Assembly (NCBI RefSeq): GCF_009914755.1
Contig: NC_060930.1
Length of the DNA: 64,000 bases
Reading direction: 5' to 3' (one strand)
Origin: the human T2T-CHM13v2.0 reference genome, Homo sapiens
The translations under genes and the position numbers were made by a program. Under the pieces are notes generated by a model, which saw only the letters and a program-made list of their open reading frames with translations, did not search any database and was not told the DNA's origin. Shown here one piece after another: positions 29,109-43,520 of this stretch (the stretch's first letter is position 1; each line of letters begins with the position of its first letter).

Positions 29109-29234
29109 TAAGCATGACCAGATCTGTCTTTAGAGGAGAACTATCAGGAGTATGGAAGACCATCCTGATTTAAACAGGAAGACCACTTTGGAAACTATTA
29201 TAACAGTCCAGTAAAGAAATGGACACTTCTCTCT

Positions 29235-29520
29235 TCTTTTTGAGACAGGGTCTCTGTCACCCAGGCTGGAATGCAATGGTGCAATCACAGCTCACTGCAG
29301 CCCCAACCTCCTGGGCTTAAGTGATCTTCTTGCCTCAGCTTCCGAGTAGCTGCGACTACAAGCACACACCACCATGCCTGGCTAATTTATTTCTATTTTT
29401 TGTAGAGACAGGGTCTCCCTCTGTTGCCCAGACTGGTCTCGAACTCCTAGGCTCAAGTGATCCTCCTGCCTCTACCTCCCAAAGTACTAGGATTATAGGC
29501 ATGATCCACTGCGTCTGGCT
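29235..29520 (-). mobile_element. AluJ
   Basis: AluJ-type features (GGGCTTAAGTGATC, GGCTCAAGTGATCCTCC). Confidence 0.9.
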
Positions 29521-30693
29521 AGCACTCCTCAAAGAACAGTAGCAGTAAGAATAAAAGGGAGTTGAATGAGTCAGAACTTGCATCTGGGATAACATAAATG
29601 ATGGTGGGACCATTAAAAAATTTATTTGGAATAACAGATAAAGAGCATGTTTAAGGGAGGAGAAGAAGATGGCCTCTGCTTTGAACAAGCTGAGGTTGAG
29701 GAGCCATGGAACACTTTGACAGCTCAGTTGGAAACTGTTGGATTGGACTTGGGGAGGGAAAATCACAACTAAAGTATTTTCAGTTCATCTTCAGTAGGAC
29801 TGTTGAGGTCATCAGGTTATATAAGTGTTCTGAGAGAATGAGAAAAAGTCTGAGGTCAGCAGAATCCTAGTGAACCCCGACACTCGGAATGGGGGAAGAT
29901 GAGGAAAAGGAAAGCGTGGCGTAGAGGAAGCCACGACATAAGAATTTCGTTAAGGACAGGTTGAATCAGGCAGAACAAGAATGAGATGAAACTCCCAGAT
30001 TCAGCCATCGTGGCTTTTAGAGACCACTTAATTGAACATTAGAGTGGGCTTAACAGTAGGTAGAAGTTGAGAAAAGGAGGTGGGTAAAAACGTCTGTTTG
30101 TAAAAAAATGTTTTGTGAGAAAAAGAGAAATGGATGGTGTTTTGAGGGCTATGGAAGATCTAAGGAAGGACCTTTAAATTATATTTAATTTTTGAGATTG
30201 GAGCATATTTGGAGACAGAGAGGAAAAACCCAGGAGAGAGGGAAATACTGAAAATACTTGAGCTACGGGAGATCAGTGATGAAACTGAGGAGGAGGCTAG
30301 AGGGTGGCTCCAGCAATAGGAACAAAAGGGAAAACTCTCCTGAGATGGATCAGGGACCTAAAAATGGGTGAATACAGTTCCATCTGGATGTGGAGGAAAT
30401 AACAACCCCTTACGTTTATATTGCACTTTCCAGTCACCCTGTGAGGGAGGCAAGACAGTTATTACCAGCCCTTTCTTGTAGCTGTTCTGAGACATGAATG
30501 ACCAAGGGCCACATAATGAGTGGGTAGCTGAAGCTGGGCTCAGACCAGCCAGTCAGGCTCTCAGCACAGGGTTCCCTTTGCTGGACCATACTTCAGCTTG
30601 CTCAGGCTTCCTAAAGCACAGCACTGTCAGGCAGGCACCACCTGTGTCCCTCTCTGCCTGCCTAGTCATGGCTGCCAACAATTCGGCTGTATC

Positions 30694-30696
<3 letters not shown>

Positions 30697-30724
<28 letters not shown>

Positions 30725-30991
30725 GAGACGGAGCCTTGCTCTGTCACCCAGGCTAGAATGCAGTGGCATGATCTTGGCTCACTGCAACCTCTGCCTCCTG
30801 GGTTCAAGTCTCCCAAAATTACCTGGGATTACAGGCATGTGCCACCATGCCTGGCTAATTTTTATACTTTTAGTAGAGATAGGGTTTTGCCAGGTTGGCC
30901 AGGCTGGTCTTGAACTCCTGGCATCAAGGGATCTGCCCACCTTGGCCTACCAGAGCGCTGGGATTACAGACATGGGCCACTGCAATTGGCC
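30697..30991 (-). mobile_element. AluS
   Basis: Long T-tail and Alu body with a small internal deletion. Confidence 0.92.
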
Positions 30992-31489
30992 TCAACTCTT
31001 AACTAAATTAGATTACTCCCTCTTTACAAAACAGAACTTATGGTTTCCAATCTCTATGTCTGTGTGTTTTTGTTCACCTCTCAATGTTAACCATCTTTCA
31101 AGATAAAGAGTGTGCACCTCTTCTATCACTAAGCTTCATGGCATTAGTCTGGGGGCATCGACACAGCAATTTGTGTGTAGCTCTCAGCTAGCACCAGGTC
31201 CTCCTGCAATCGGTGTGTTTGTCTATGAATTTTACCCCTCATTACATGGTGCAATCCTTCAAGGCATGAATTCTGCCATGGAATACTGTCATAGTCTAAC
31301 AGCATAAAGCACAAGAGTCCCGCATCTTATGTTCTCATCAGATATTGGTTGAATGCATGATTGAATGAGAGACGCTGTTGCTGTAGGCTGTGTAAGAATG
31401 ACCACTATCCCCAGCCTTATCTACATGGAGCACAGCATGCTTTTGTGTTGATGAATTCTTTCCAGTAGCTGTCCTTTCCCCAAAGTGGA

Positions 31490-31940
31490 AAATTTATTTT
31501 TTCACATAACAAGAAGCCCAGAGTTAGTTTATTCCTAGGGATAAGTAATGCACCCAAGACCAGGGTCTTCCTATCCTCCCACTTTGAAACTTGTTTGCTT
31601 TTGTTGCAGGCTTACCCCTCATGGTTACAAAGTGGCTGCAACAGCTCCAGGTGTTCTATCCTTTAACACAGAATAACTCAAACAACAAGACCCAATATTC
31701 AGACAAGAAGGAAAGGGACTTTTGGAGAGTGAAGAAAACTTTCCTAGAAACCTCAAACTTCTCCCCATGCCTTATTGGCCAGATTGTATCCCATGCCCAT
31801 TTCTAAACCAATCATTGGCAAAGTGAGTGGAATTGACGTGATTAGATTAACTTTACCAAGAATGCATCCTCAGAGAGGCTGAGAAAAAGTCCAGCCTCCT
31901 TTGAAGAGCCTGGCTACCTTTCACCTGAACAAAACAAGAA
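31490..31940 (-). mobile_element. Old MaLR LTR (MLT1J/K-like)
   Basis: ATTTATTTTTTCACATAACAAGAAG, CCTCATGGTTACAAAGTGGCTGCAACAGCTCCAG and ATTGGCCAGA motifs of old MLT1 LTRs. Confidence 0.6.
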
Positions 31941-32486
31941 TTCTGATGAAAAATGGAGAATGTATGTGGAGCAGGCACCCGGAGTGTCTATGCCAGGATT
32001 TTTTTTCAGTGCGTTTCACCGGTTATATTTTTGTCTCTTTACCTTACAAGATATGTGGCACGTTTGCCTAAAACAAGCCTTGCTTTCTGATTTCTGTGCA
32101 CTAGGCACTTAAACCTTGCAAATGTCGCTTACCTAACAGTCACTGTCAAGGAGTACCTGGCTAAAGAATCTCCAGCTAGACAAAGTAGAAGTGTCTGTGC
32201 TCTGGCAGTTGAATATATTGTATCAGGCTCAACAGCACCTTTCACCAAAGGATGAGACTTCACAACCATTAGATCTTCTTTTATTTTGTTTTTATTAAAA
32301 AAAAAAATTTTAACACACCATTGCTAACTTGAAGCCATTAGATCTTCTTACCCCCAATACCACAAAAGTTTAGTGGAATCAGGGGTATACCAAGGCAGGT
32401 GGAGTAGGGGAGCTGGGAGTGGTCAGCCCCCAGGGCAGGCAATGAGGGATTGTGAATCTGTGAAGAATTTTAAAGCAATGATACAG

Positions 32487-32726
32487 CTCTAAATGCAATG
32501 TACTATCCTGGACTTAGCCCTGGAAAAGAAAAAAGATATTAGTGGAAAAACTGGTAAAATTCAAATAATGTCTGTAGTTTGGTTAATAGTATTATACCAA
32601 TGTTAATTTCTGTGTTTTGATAAATGTACCATGGTTATGTAAGCTGGATGAAAGATATGTGGGAAATCTCTCTACTATTTCTGCAACTCTCCTGTAAACC
32701 TAAAAATGTTTCAAAATAAAAGATTT
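32487..32726 (+). mobile_element. L1ME-like 3' terminal fragment
   Basis: TTAGTGGAAAAACTGG...GTTAATAGTATTATACCAATGTTAATTTC...CTGCAACTCTCCTGTAAA...CAAAATAAAA. Confidence 0.78.
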
Positions 32727-32933
32727 AATGCTAAAATTGACTGAAAATTGATCTGCTTTTTTATTATCACCATGCACTGCACATGCTAAACGTTAGGAAT
32801 AAAATACTTCCTCCCCTCCTCCAAATCTTTTGGTCTAAGTTCTAAACAATTGCTGTAGATGCTGTTGAATCTTAATAATATATATGTAAATTTCAACTTA
32901 GCATATTTTTATTATTTGTTAATGAACTTTGCA

Positions 32934-33052
32934 GGCTGGGTGCAGTGACTCATGCCTGCAATCCCAGCACACTGGGAGGCCAAGGACAGAGGATTGCTTG
33001 AGCTCAAGATTTCAAGACCAGCCTGGGCAACATAGCAAGACCTCATCTCTAC

Positions 33053-33083
<31 letters not shown>

Positions 33084-33245
33084 AGCCGGGCATGGTGGCT
33101 TGCACCTGTAGTTCCAGCTACTGGAGGCGCTGAGTCAGGAGGATAGCTTGACCCAGGTGGTTGAGGCTACAGTGAGCCATCACTGCACCTCTGCACTCCA
33201 TTCCGGGTGACAAAGTGAGACCCTGTCTCAAAAAACTAAAAAAAA
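32934..33245 (+). mobile_element. AluJ with expanded middle A-run
   Basis: AluJ body with a long A linker at about 33054-33081. Confidence 0.9.
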
Positions 33246-33589
33246 ATTAAACATTGCATTCTACATGCAAGTTAATCCTAGAAACTCATCTACCCAAACA
33301 GCCCCTGATGTGTGCAGCCTCAGGTGAACATATTTGTTCATACCCTATTGGAATCATCTGAGTTTGTTTGGGGCACAGTTCACATCTCCAATCTGGTACT
33401 ACAGATTCTTGTGTTTAAACTAAAAATTTGAAAAGTGATAGCATGGTGATTGTAAAAACAAAGAAACAGGACTGGTTACTTTAATTCTGTCATTCTACAT
33501 GACCACTTGAGCCTTTTATTTGTGTTTAAAACTTAAGTTAGTGAAATAGAGGACACAATGCCAGTACTATCATTTGTTTCATAGAATGA

Positions 33590-33591
<2 letters not shown>

Positions 33592-33622
<31 letters not shown>
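33592..33622. repeat. (GT)n microsatellite, about 15 units
   Basis: Seen directly in the sequence. Confidence 0.97.
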
Positions 33623-33623
<1 letters not shown>

Positions 33624-33639
33624 ATTCTTTTCACTTTCA

Positions 33640-33870
<231 letters not shown>

Positions 33871-33886
33871 TTAGTAACTACCTTAG

Positions 33887-34182
33887 GGCTGGGCACGGTG
33901 GCTCATACCTGTAATCCCAGCATTTTGGGAGGCCGAGGCAGGTGGATCACCTGAGGTTTGAGACCAGCCTGGCCAACATGTAGTGAAACCCTGTCTCTAC
34001 TAAAAATACAAAAAGTAGCTGAGTGTGGTGGTGCACACTTGTAGTCCCAGCTACTTGGGAAGGTGAGGCAGGAGAATTGCTTGAACTCGGGAGATGGAGG
34101 TTTGCAGGGAGCTGAGATGGTTCCACTGAGCTCCAGCCTGAGCGACAGGGCAAGACTCTTGTCTCTCAAAAAAAAAAAAAAA
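33887..34182 (+). mobile_element. AluS
   Basis: Full body, A-tail, TSD AACTACCTTA. Confidence 0.92.
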
Positions 34183-34726
34183 CTACCTTAAACATTATAT
34201 AGATCCACTTTCTCACTTTAGAAGCAAAGAAAGGAAGGCTCAGAACTTGCTGCCATTAGTAAGGATTTCGTGAGTGGGGTTGAAAACAGGCCCCCTCCCT
34301 CCTGGTCTGTTGTTGCCAGCACTGCCTCTGAACCCTACGCCTGTTCTCCTTTAGCAGACAGGTGATAACTCAGAAAAACCAAGTCCCTTGTCCAACGGCC
34401 GCTAGTGACTCAGTGGCAGAGTAGGCACGGGAACCGGCACTCCTGACAGCTCCAGGGCTCTGACCACTGTGCCCAGTTTCCCCTTTCCAGCTCTCAATCA
34501 GCTAGAGACAGATAAATTCCAGGCAACTAGTGAATGTGCCACCTGACTTTCAGATGGGAAGAGGGGAGCATTATTAAAAACAGACTTAAAAAAAAAGACA
34601 CAACTTGACACTAGACAGGAGTAAACTTCAGCCAGAATTCCCATCACCAGAAAAATACTGGGATATGACATTTGGGAAGCAAGGGAACAATTTCAGGCAC
34701 TGTTTTCCTCTAATTTGGGAGACATC

Positions 34727-35025
34727 TTTGTTGTTGTTGTTGTTGTTGTTTGTCTCACTCTGTCACCCAGGCTGGAGTGCAGTGGCACAATCTCGGCTCA
34801 CTGAAACCTCCACCTCCCAGGTTCAGGTGATTCTCCTGTCCCAGCTTCCTGAGTAGCTGGGATCACAGGTGTGTGCCACCACGCCTGGCTAATTTTTGTA
34901 TTTTTAGTAGACCTGGGGTTTCACCATGTTGGCCAGGCTGATCTCGAACTCCTGACCTCAGGTGATCTGCCGCCTTCAGTTTCCCAAAGTGCTGGGATTA
35001 CAGGTGTGAGCCACCATGCCCGGCC
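34727..35025 (-). mobile_element. AluS with (TTG)n-converted tail
   Basis: Alu body; TAATTTGGGAG on both flanks. Confidence 0.92.
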
Positions 35026-35098
35026 TAATTTGGGAGGCATGTTTGGATGAAAAGTATATTAGAAACTTAAGCTGCTCACAAATATGTTTATTCCTTAG

Positions 35099-35443
<345 letters not shown>

Positions 35444-35871
35444 TAATTATCAGAGGGACACTGTTATGTTGTAGTATGCCATCACACTGAGGAAAAGTTC
35501 AATAGAAAGAACTCTGTGGAAAGAAGATTTTCATGAGCCAAAACACAACTCATGAACCCCTGTTACTCAACTGCCATGCCTGCCTTCTCTGAGCAGTTGT
35601 CTCCTAGGCTGCAGAGAAACTCAGAAACTATCTTGTTTAAATTTAGGTATCTCTCTATGAACCTTGTTACCAGCCCTTGCAATTTATCCCATCTCTGCTT
35701 CTCAGATCACAGCCCAGTGTTCAGGAACCATTTGCTTGTTAATTATCAGGCACAGACAATGCATGCAACTACCAGTGTTCTGTCTTTACACAACTCTCTA
35801 CCACAGTAATTGGTTATGTATGCCCTGCTCCCTGCTGGACCAATAAATGAACTCTTACTACGTGCTTGGAA

Positions 35872-36050
35872 GGATGATGGATGAGTGAGCAGAAGATAGA
35901 TGGATGGATAGGTAAATGGATGAGTGATGGATGTGTGGGTGGATGGATGCATGCATGGATGAGTGGATCGATGGGTGGTAGGTAGATGGATGAATGGGTG
36001 AATGGATGGTTGCTTGTGTAGAAAGGTGGCTGGGTGGATGGATTAATGGA
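35872..36050. repeat. Degenerate (TGGA)n simple repeat
   Basis: GGATGGATGG/GGTGGATG runs. Confidence 0.9.
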
Positions 36051-38259
36051 CCAAAGTGTGGAAATCTGTATCATTCCATTTTTATGTTGATACCTGAGGT
36101 AATTACACAGTGAAGATGCCCCAAGTGGATTCTGCTTCCACGTAAAAGATATGTTCAGGACGAAAGTTATGTTTAGATTTGGTAGAAGTTTGCCTTGGGG
36201 TAGACTTTAAGACCCTGAAAGGCAGGGATCATAGCTTTCCATCTATGAGAGAGTAACCATCATTGCCTGCCACATAGTAGGTACTGAGTAAATATTTGTT
36301 GACAAACATGTATGAATGAATTATTTGGGAAACACAAGGATGGCTCTCCTTGACTCTGAAGTTCAACCCCACATTCTGATTCTTCATGCTTATACAGTTT
36401 TAAAATTGCATTTCTTTATAAATCGGTTAGGCATCCAGAAGTGTCCTGTTATGATGCAAAACATTCTTAGATGTTAAAAATATTAAACCCTTTGCATCTG
36501 TTGTCCCTTTGTCAGGAATTAGCTGGTCACATTGCTGTCTCCTTGATTCTTTGCTGATGATGTTGGGCATGGGGCAGGTCTGGTGGTTTCTCTGACTGGG
36601 CTGAAGGACTTTTGCTGACAAATAGGAGAGGGTCCTTTACAGTAGGAATCACCAAGCCTGCAAGGAAGGACCCAAAGACTCCCCTCTCTCATGATCTCAG
36701 CAGCCAACCCCTGCCCATAGTGCCTTCTTGGCAGCCGTGCTCCTGATTTGAAGGGAATTCCTCACTTTGTCCCATGGGTTTCTGCAAGCTGAGCAGGACA
36801 CCTAGGTGAGGACAGAAGTAAAAAGAGAAGAGGAAAGGTGAGAGCGAGAAAGAAAACATGAGAAGGGAGACACACAACAGTAAGAAGAGAAGAGAGGAAA
36901 GAGAGGGATATGAGCAGGGGGTAGGAGAGACAAAAAATAGATTGTATTTGCAGCACAATGCCTCTAGTAATAATATTACCATTATCTTGCCTGAACAGAT
37001 GTGCAAGGACTCCCGTCTACTCATTATCCAACATGACAATGGAACACGTTTCTATCAGCCTCATCGGAAATCTTGGCAGATGCTGTCAGAAAGTGTGTGC
37101 TGTTCCTGAGATGTGATTTTTCAACAGTGTAGACTGTACTATTTGACTAGGGGTGGGAAAAAGAGGAGAGGGAGTTGATTGTGCTTTCTTTTGGTTTTGT
37201 TTTTAATTTTGAAATTCTTCTCTCCAAGGGGGCCTTGCCTTGGACTATGTCCAGCTTTGCTGAATAGCCATGTCTGCATGACCAGTGGACTGGGGCTGGC
37301 CAGCAATCCCAGGGCCACACCAAAGCCCAGTGCCGAGGGCCCATTTCTTTGAAATAGTTCCCTCATGGCTCTCACTTCCCCTTACTCCAACATTATTCGT
37401 ACCTACCATGCCCCGCTATTCCACTTCTGCCCTGACCTCAGTGTCTTGCATTGAGACATTTGAAGAGTGTGGTTCAAGGAAAGAGCATGTTTGTTCCCAG
37501 CTGAACAAGGCTCAGGGAGACTAGCAGTGCCAGAGACAGGAGTGGGCAACATTTCTCTGTGAATTAAGCCATGCAGTGTGCAAGTTCCCCATGGCAAACA
37601 CCACCTTTCCCTGGGAAGACAGCCAAGGCCTGGAGCCCCATGTAGGAAATCTCCTGTGAGAGGCCCTTCCTGAGCTCCACAGAAAATGATTCTTTTCATA
37701 GGCACTGAGTCCCCTTTTTTTCTAGCCATAAATGCCCACATCACAGTCCCCCTTCCTGGCCTTCTACACTCTGCTCCCGTGCCAAGTGCCCTCACCCAGG
37801 CCCCCTCATAGCTCATGCACCCCTTTCCCTTCCTTTCCACACTCAACTGGCCTCCCCAAGCCCTCAGAAAGCCTATTCCTTTCCCCTGCTGTGCTGTTGA
37901 CTCTCCCTCCATCCTGCACTCTATGCCTCTCACATGAAACTGCTCCATGCCGTGACCTAACATCTCCAGAGGCTCCTCTCGGGTTGAACAGACATGATTT
38001 GTTGACTTTGCCAGATTAGCAAAGGGAGCAAATTCCATAGATTCCTCTGCCCCTAAGTCTCAAAGTGCAGACCTTCATCTTGATAGCAGGAGCGAGGTGA
38101 TGGAGGCAGCCTGGGATTGCATAAAACAGTAACAGCAATATGATGACTCTGTAGGGACAATTACTCCCTGGCAGGTCTAAGGGCTAAGCCTTAATCTTTC
38201 CAACAAGGCTCTGCAGTAGGTATTATTACTAGCCTCATTTTGTAGTCGAGAGAATGGAA

Positions 38260-38870
<611 letters not shown>

Positions 38871-39879
38871 AAAAGAAAGATGTTAAGTGACTTTTTCAAG
38901 GCCCTGAGTTTGCAAAAGACAGACCCCTAGCATGCCTGGGGAGGGGCTTTGTGCACTCATCCGGCTGCCTTTCCTGGCATGCCCTGGGGATGGCAGGAAA
39001 CCTGGATCCCTGCCCAGCTCTGCTGTTTCTAGGTAGGTTACCTCAGGTCAGACACATTCATTTCCCAAGTTTCTGTTTTCTAATCAGAAAAACTGTGGGA
39101 TTTGAGGTGATTTCTTAGGGCCTTTTCCATATGGTGATGCTGTCATTTTTTTTCCTAATGATAAAAGTATTCAGAAAGCTCTTCAAATTTTCTGGACTCA
39201 GGGTCAGTCCTAGGCAAAGAGAAGAAATAGGAGGCAACATTGATCTTTGGTGACACCTAAAGGCTCTGTGCAACCTTTTCCTCTGTCCAGAGTAAGCCTT
39301 TGGTGTAATCCCTGCTGCCTCTGGGGACCCCAGGGCAAAGTCTTGGGGAGGGCGCAAAGAGGGCTTGTCCATCACTTGAGGACGCAGAGGACGCATGTGC
39401 CCTGCACATCAGGATGAGTAAACCTGAGCTCCTTACTAAAATAAAGCTGTCTTTTGAGTGTGTCCTCACTTGTAACCGGGGTAAATGCACTGACTAGTGC
39501 TAGTCAAAGATGACCTCAACAACTGCTCCATTCCAACTGTCTTGGGCAAGAGGGGAGTGACTGTTTATGCTTTGATATGAGATGGAGTCATAAATACTGT
39601 TTCAGATGTTTCAGATGCCAGGGGAACATATGATCAGAGACACCAGCATCATACTGTCATGCCAGGAAACCTTCAGTGACTGCCTGCTAGAGGAAGTTCA
39701 CATCCCTTAGCTTGGCTTCAAGGAACTCCAGGAGCAACACTCTCGCCTTCCCACCTTGGCCTCTGCCTTCCCTAGCTAGACACCCATGAGTATACATTCC
39801 CCCAATTCCCCGACCAATTTTGACTGAGCCAGCAGCACATCAAGGGTTAACCCTTACCATTTGTGAAAATTTTGTATCA

Positions 39880-40053
39880 TCATATTTGGTTGATTCTAAG
39901 ATGCACACTTTTTCTCATATTAACCTCTTACTCATTTAACATTGATGTTACAATCAATGACATGTCATTGTTTTGTGGCACTTTTTCTTTCTTAGTGGTT
40001 TGTAAAATAATGGTGCATCGTGACTGAAGGCCTCTTGGATTTGCTGAAATACT
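39880..40053. mobile_element. MER104-like TcMar MITE
   Basis: GATTCTAAGATGCACAC...TTTCTTTCTTAGTGGT...AAAATAATGGTGCATC...GAAATACTG matches the recalled consensus. Confidence 0.7.
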
Positions 40054-40240
40054 GGAAGTAGCATTCTCCAGATTTGAGCTCTAGCAGCTCTGCCAGAAGC
40101 CGGGAACCTGTGTGCCCATACTCTGAGTTTGTTTTCCCAGTTAGGACTGGGTCCTAGTGTAATGGGGTGATATCTGGGAACCTATATAGCTCCCTAGATA
40201 TAACCAAGGGTGATATTCAAAGTGTTTAATGACCATACCA

Positions 40241-40541
40241 GGCCAGGTGCATTGGCTCATACCTGTAATCCCAACACTTTGAGAGGCTGAGGCGGGCAGA
40301 ACATTGAGGTCATGAGTTTGAGACGAGCCTGGCCATTGTTGTGAAACCCTGTCTCTACTGAAAATACAAAAATTAGCCAGGCATTGTGGCAGGTGCCTGT
40401 ATTCCCAGCTACTCAGGAGGCTGAAGCAGGAGACTCGCTTGAACCTGGGAGGCAGAGGTTGCTGTGAGCTGAAATTGTGCCACTGTACTCCAGCCTGGGT
40501 GATAGAGCAAGGCTCCGTCTCAAAAGAAAAAAAAAAAAAAA
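40241..40541 (+). mobile_element. AluS
   Basis: Full body, A-tail, ACCATACCA on both flanks. Confidence 0.92.
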
Positions 40542-40791
40542 GAATTACCATACCAATTAGAAGAGAAGATGACTGAAAACAACTGGCTTGTGTATCCTGG
40601 AGCTTACCTGCTGAACCCCAGGCCTACTACCGTGCTCCTTACCTGTTTGTTCTCCACTCATCTCATTCCTTATTTTATGGATACTTGACAGCACACTCAG
40701 GGAACATGGCCTGTTGCCCATTCCCAGGAGACATTCCCTAATCAGGGTGAGCCAAGCATGGTTACCCCAGGCTACTTTAGGGGAGGGTATG

Positions 40792-41529
40792 TGTACTAGT
40801 TTTCTGTTGCTGTTGTAACAAATTACTACAACTTTAGCTCAAAACCACACACATTTATTTTCTTACAGTGATATAGGCCAGAAGTCTGGTTCATGTCTCA
40901 CTGGGCTAAAATCAAGGTGTCCACAGGGCTGTGTTCCTTTCTGGAGGCTTGAGGGTAGAATCTGTTTCCTTGCTGTATCAGGTGTTGGCTGATTTTAGTT
41001 CCTTGCAGCTGCAGGACTGGGGTCCCTGTTTCCTTGCTATCTGTTATCTGGGGGTCTCTATTAGCTTCTAGCAGCCTCTCTTTTTTTTTTGTTTTTTGTG
41101 TTTTTTTTGTTTTTTTTTTAATGATTAAGTATAGAGTTTTTTTTAGGCTAAAGCTTGAGGATAGCCACCTGAGGGCATACATTCAAGTTGCCCTGAGTGC
41201 ACATTCCTATTAGCAGTAGTTACAGGTGGCACTTGTTTGTTTTTATTGCTACATTATATTTATACATATTTAAGGGATCTCTCTCCTGTTCTTATACATC
41301 ACCTCCTACATCTCATCCCCAAATACTTCCCACGCTGCCATCTCCCTTACTCCCCTGGGCTAATGTGATTAGATGGGGCGCACTGGTAATCCAGCATAGC
41401 CTCCCCATCTCAAGATTCATGCCCTTAATCATATCTGCAAAGTCCCTTTTGCCATGTAAGGTAACATAGTCACAGGTTCCAGGGGACTAGAATTTGAACA
41501 TCTTTGACAGCATTATTCTGCCTATTACA
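40792..41529 (-). mobile_element. MaLR solo LTR (MLT1C/D-like) with 5-bp TSD, inserted in an older MLT1
   Basis: TG...CA termini flanked by GTATG (40787-40791 and 41530-41534); MLT1 motifs (GGGCTAAAATCAAGGTGTC, ATCTGCAAAGTCCCTTTTGCCATGTAAGGTAACATA). Confidence 0.85.
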
Positions 41530-42368
41530 GTATGTAAACCATCCTTGCCAATGAAATGTAGAGAGAAATCTGCTGAGGCTTGCAGGGAGGATTTTGCTCT
41601 CTGATTAAAAAGAGAGACATTAAGGAGGTCTGCTTTGATTGAGGTGATGTGAGCTTGGCAGCTATCTAATGACCATAAGGCCCTAACATCAAGAATAAAA
41701 GCAGACACACTGAGAACAGCAGTAAGAGTATCAAAGTGAAAAAGTAGAAAGAGGTTGGCCTTTTGATAGCAATGTTTAGCCACCAAGCCAATCCTAAAGC
41801 ACCTACTTCCAGACTTCTTGAGAGATACTTTGCTATCTTTATTGCTTAAGCCACTGTTAGTTAAATATTGTTACTTGTAGCTAAAATCATCCCAATAGTC
41901 TGTTACTTATAGCTAAATCATCCCAGATCATCCCAATATTCTGTTATTTGTAGTTAAGTCATCCCAGATAAAATTTAACACCTTTATTATTGGTCCATTT
42001 CAATAATACCTTGATTTACTGCTTGGTAATTAATTTGTCTGTCCTACCTATTAGTAGTATCTTGGTCCTACTATAGTACTCATACTACCCACCTCCTCCC
42101 TAAACTTTTGCCTATTTAACTAAGGTCCTGGCCTCCTGCCTAGTTTCTCCTGACACCCTCTTTAGGGGCTAGGCAAGGCCCCTATATTTCCAGTTATGGC
42201 TGGGGATTAGTCTTGGATGAACAGATCTCCCCAGCCCATGACACTGCCTATAGATTGTACCTCCTAATTGAGATGATTGTCTGAATTATACCTGACTTTG
42301 CTGCCTTTAAAACATGATTACTTGGAAAGCTGACTGACTTCACAGTGGCTCCATCTCCCCAGCCCTGA

Positions 42369-42685
<317 letters not shown>

Positions 42686-43085
42686 CTTAATATCCAGGCA
42701 TACTAGACCACTGGCCATTCTTTGACTAGTCTTTTCACTTTTATGCTTTTACTCAACTTCTCATGCTGGTCCTGTAATCAGAAATGCCCTTTCTAGACTC
42801 TTATATCTTTACCACTAAATCCTCATGACAATCTTGTGAGGAGGTGCTATTATTCCCATTTTGCCAATGATTAAAAAAAATTAGGTAACTTATTTAGGGT
42901 CATACAGAGTGGCAGACTGGGATGCTAATGCAGGTATCTCTTACTTCAAAGCTCATGTCCTTTCATTCCCATGTTTGGCATTTTAGAGATAGATAGTGCC
43001 CAACCCAAGACTTGAAGGACTTATTTCCCTCAATGTGTTATAAGCACCCTGTGGGCAGGTCTGATTATTTATTGACCACTAGAGT

Positions 43086-43520
43086 CAGTGGCGTGCTTGT
43101 AAAGGGTTAACAACTGACTCTCCAAGGGGCATGGGGGAGGCCCTGATTTACAGAGGTTTTCTGAGTCCTGTGGAGTAAATACTCCCATCTGTCTGATTCC
43201 GAGCTACTAGCATGACGTATGTCACTGAACAAGGGGTAGGGAACAGGTGCGCAGTAGCACACGTTAGAGGGTATTTCCACTACACAGACATCATTCATCT
43301 GAGCAGCCTCAAGGGCACAGTTAATAGTAAAATGGGAAATAATTAAGAAATGATGAGTTTGTATCTTTATTAACTTCATTTTAAATCTGATTTATTCAAC
43401 AGTTATTTTATGTAATTTAATCTTTAATAATCATTACATTTAACAATCAGTTTGCAAATTTCCTAAAAATTTAACAATTAGACTCATAAACTGGTTTGAA
43501 CTAGCTCCAGCTCACCACTG
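43086..43520. mobile_element. MER63-like hAT (Blackjack) non-autonomous DNA transposon
   Basis: Terminal inverted repeats CAGTGGCGTGCT / AGCTCACCACTG; 8-bp direct repeat CTAGAGTC at 43079-43086 and 43521-43528. Confidence 0.8.

Noticed and set aside
37403-38038. 211-aa minus-strand ORF, the longest outside known repeats
   Set aside because: No recognisable homology or exon context; composition fits a chance ORF or an old repeat. A BLASTP/PhyloCSF check would settle it.
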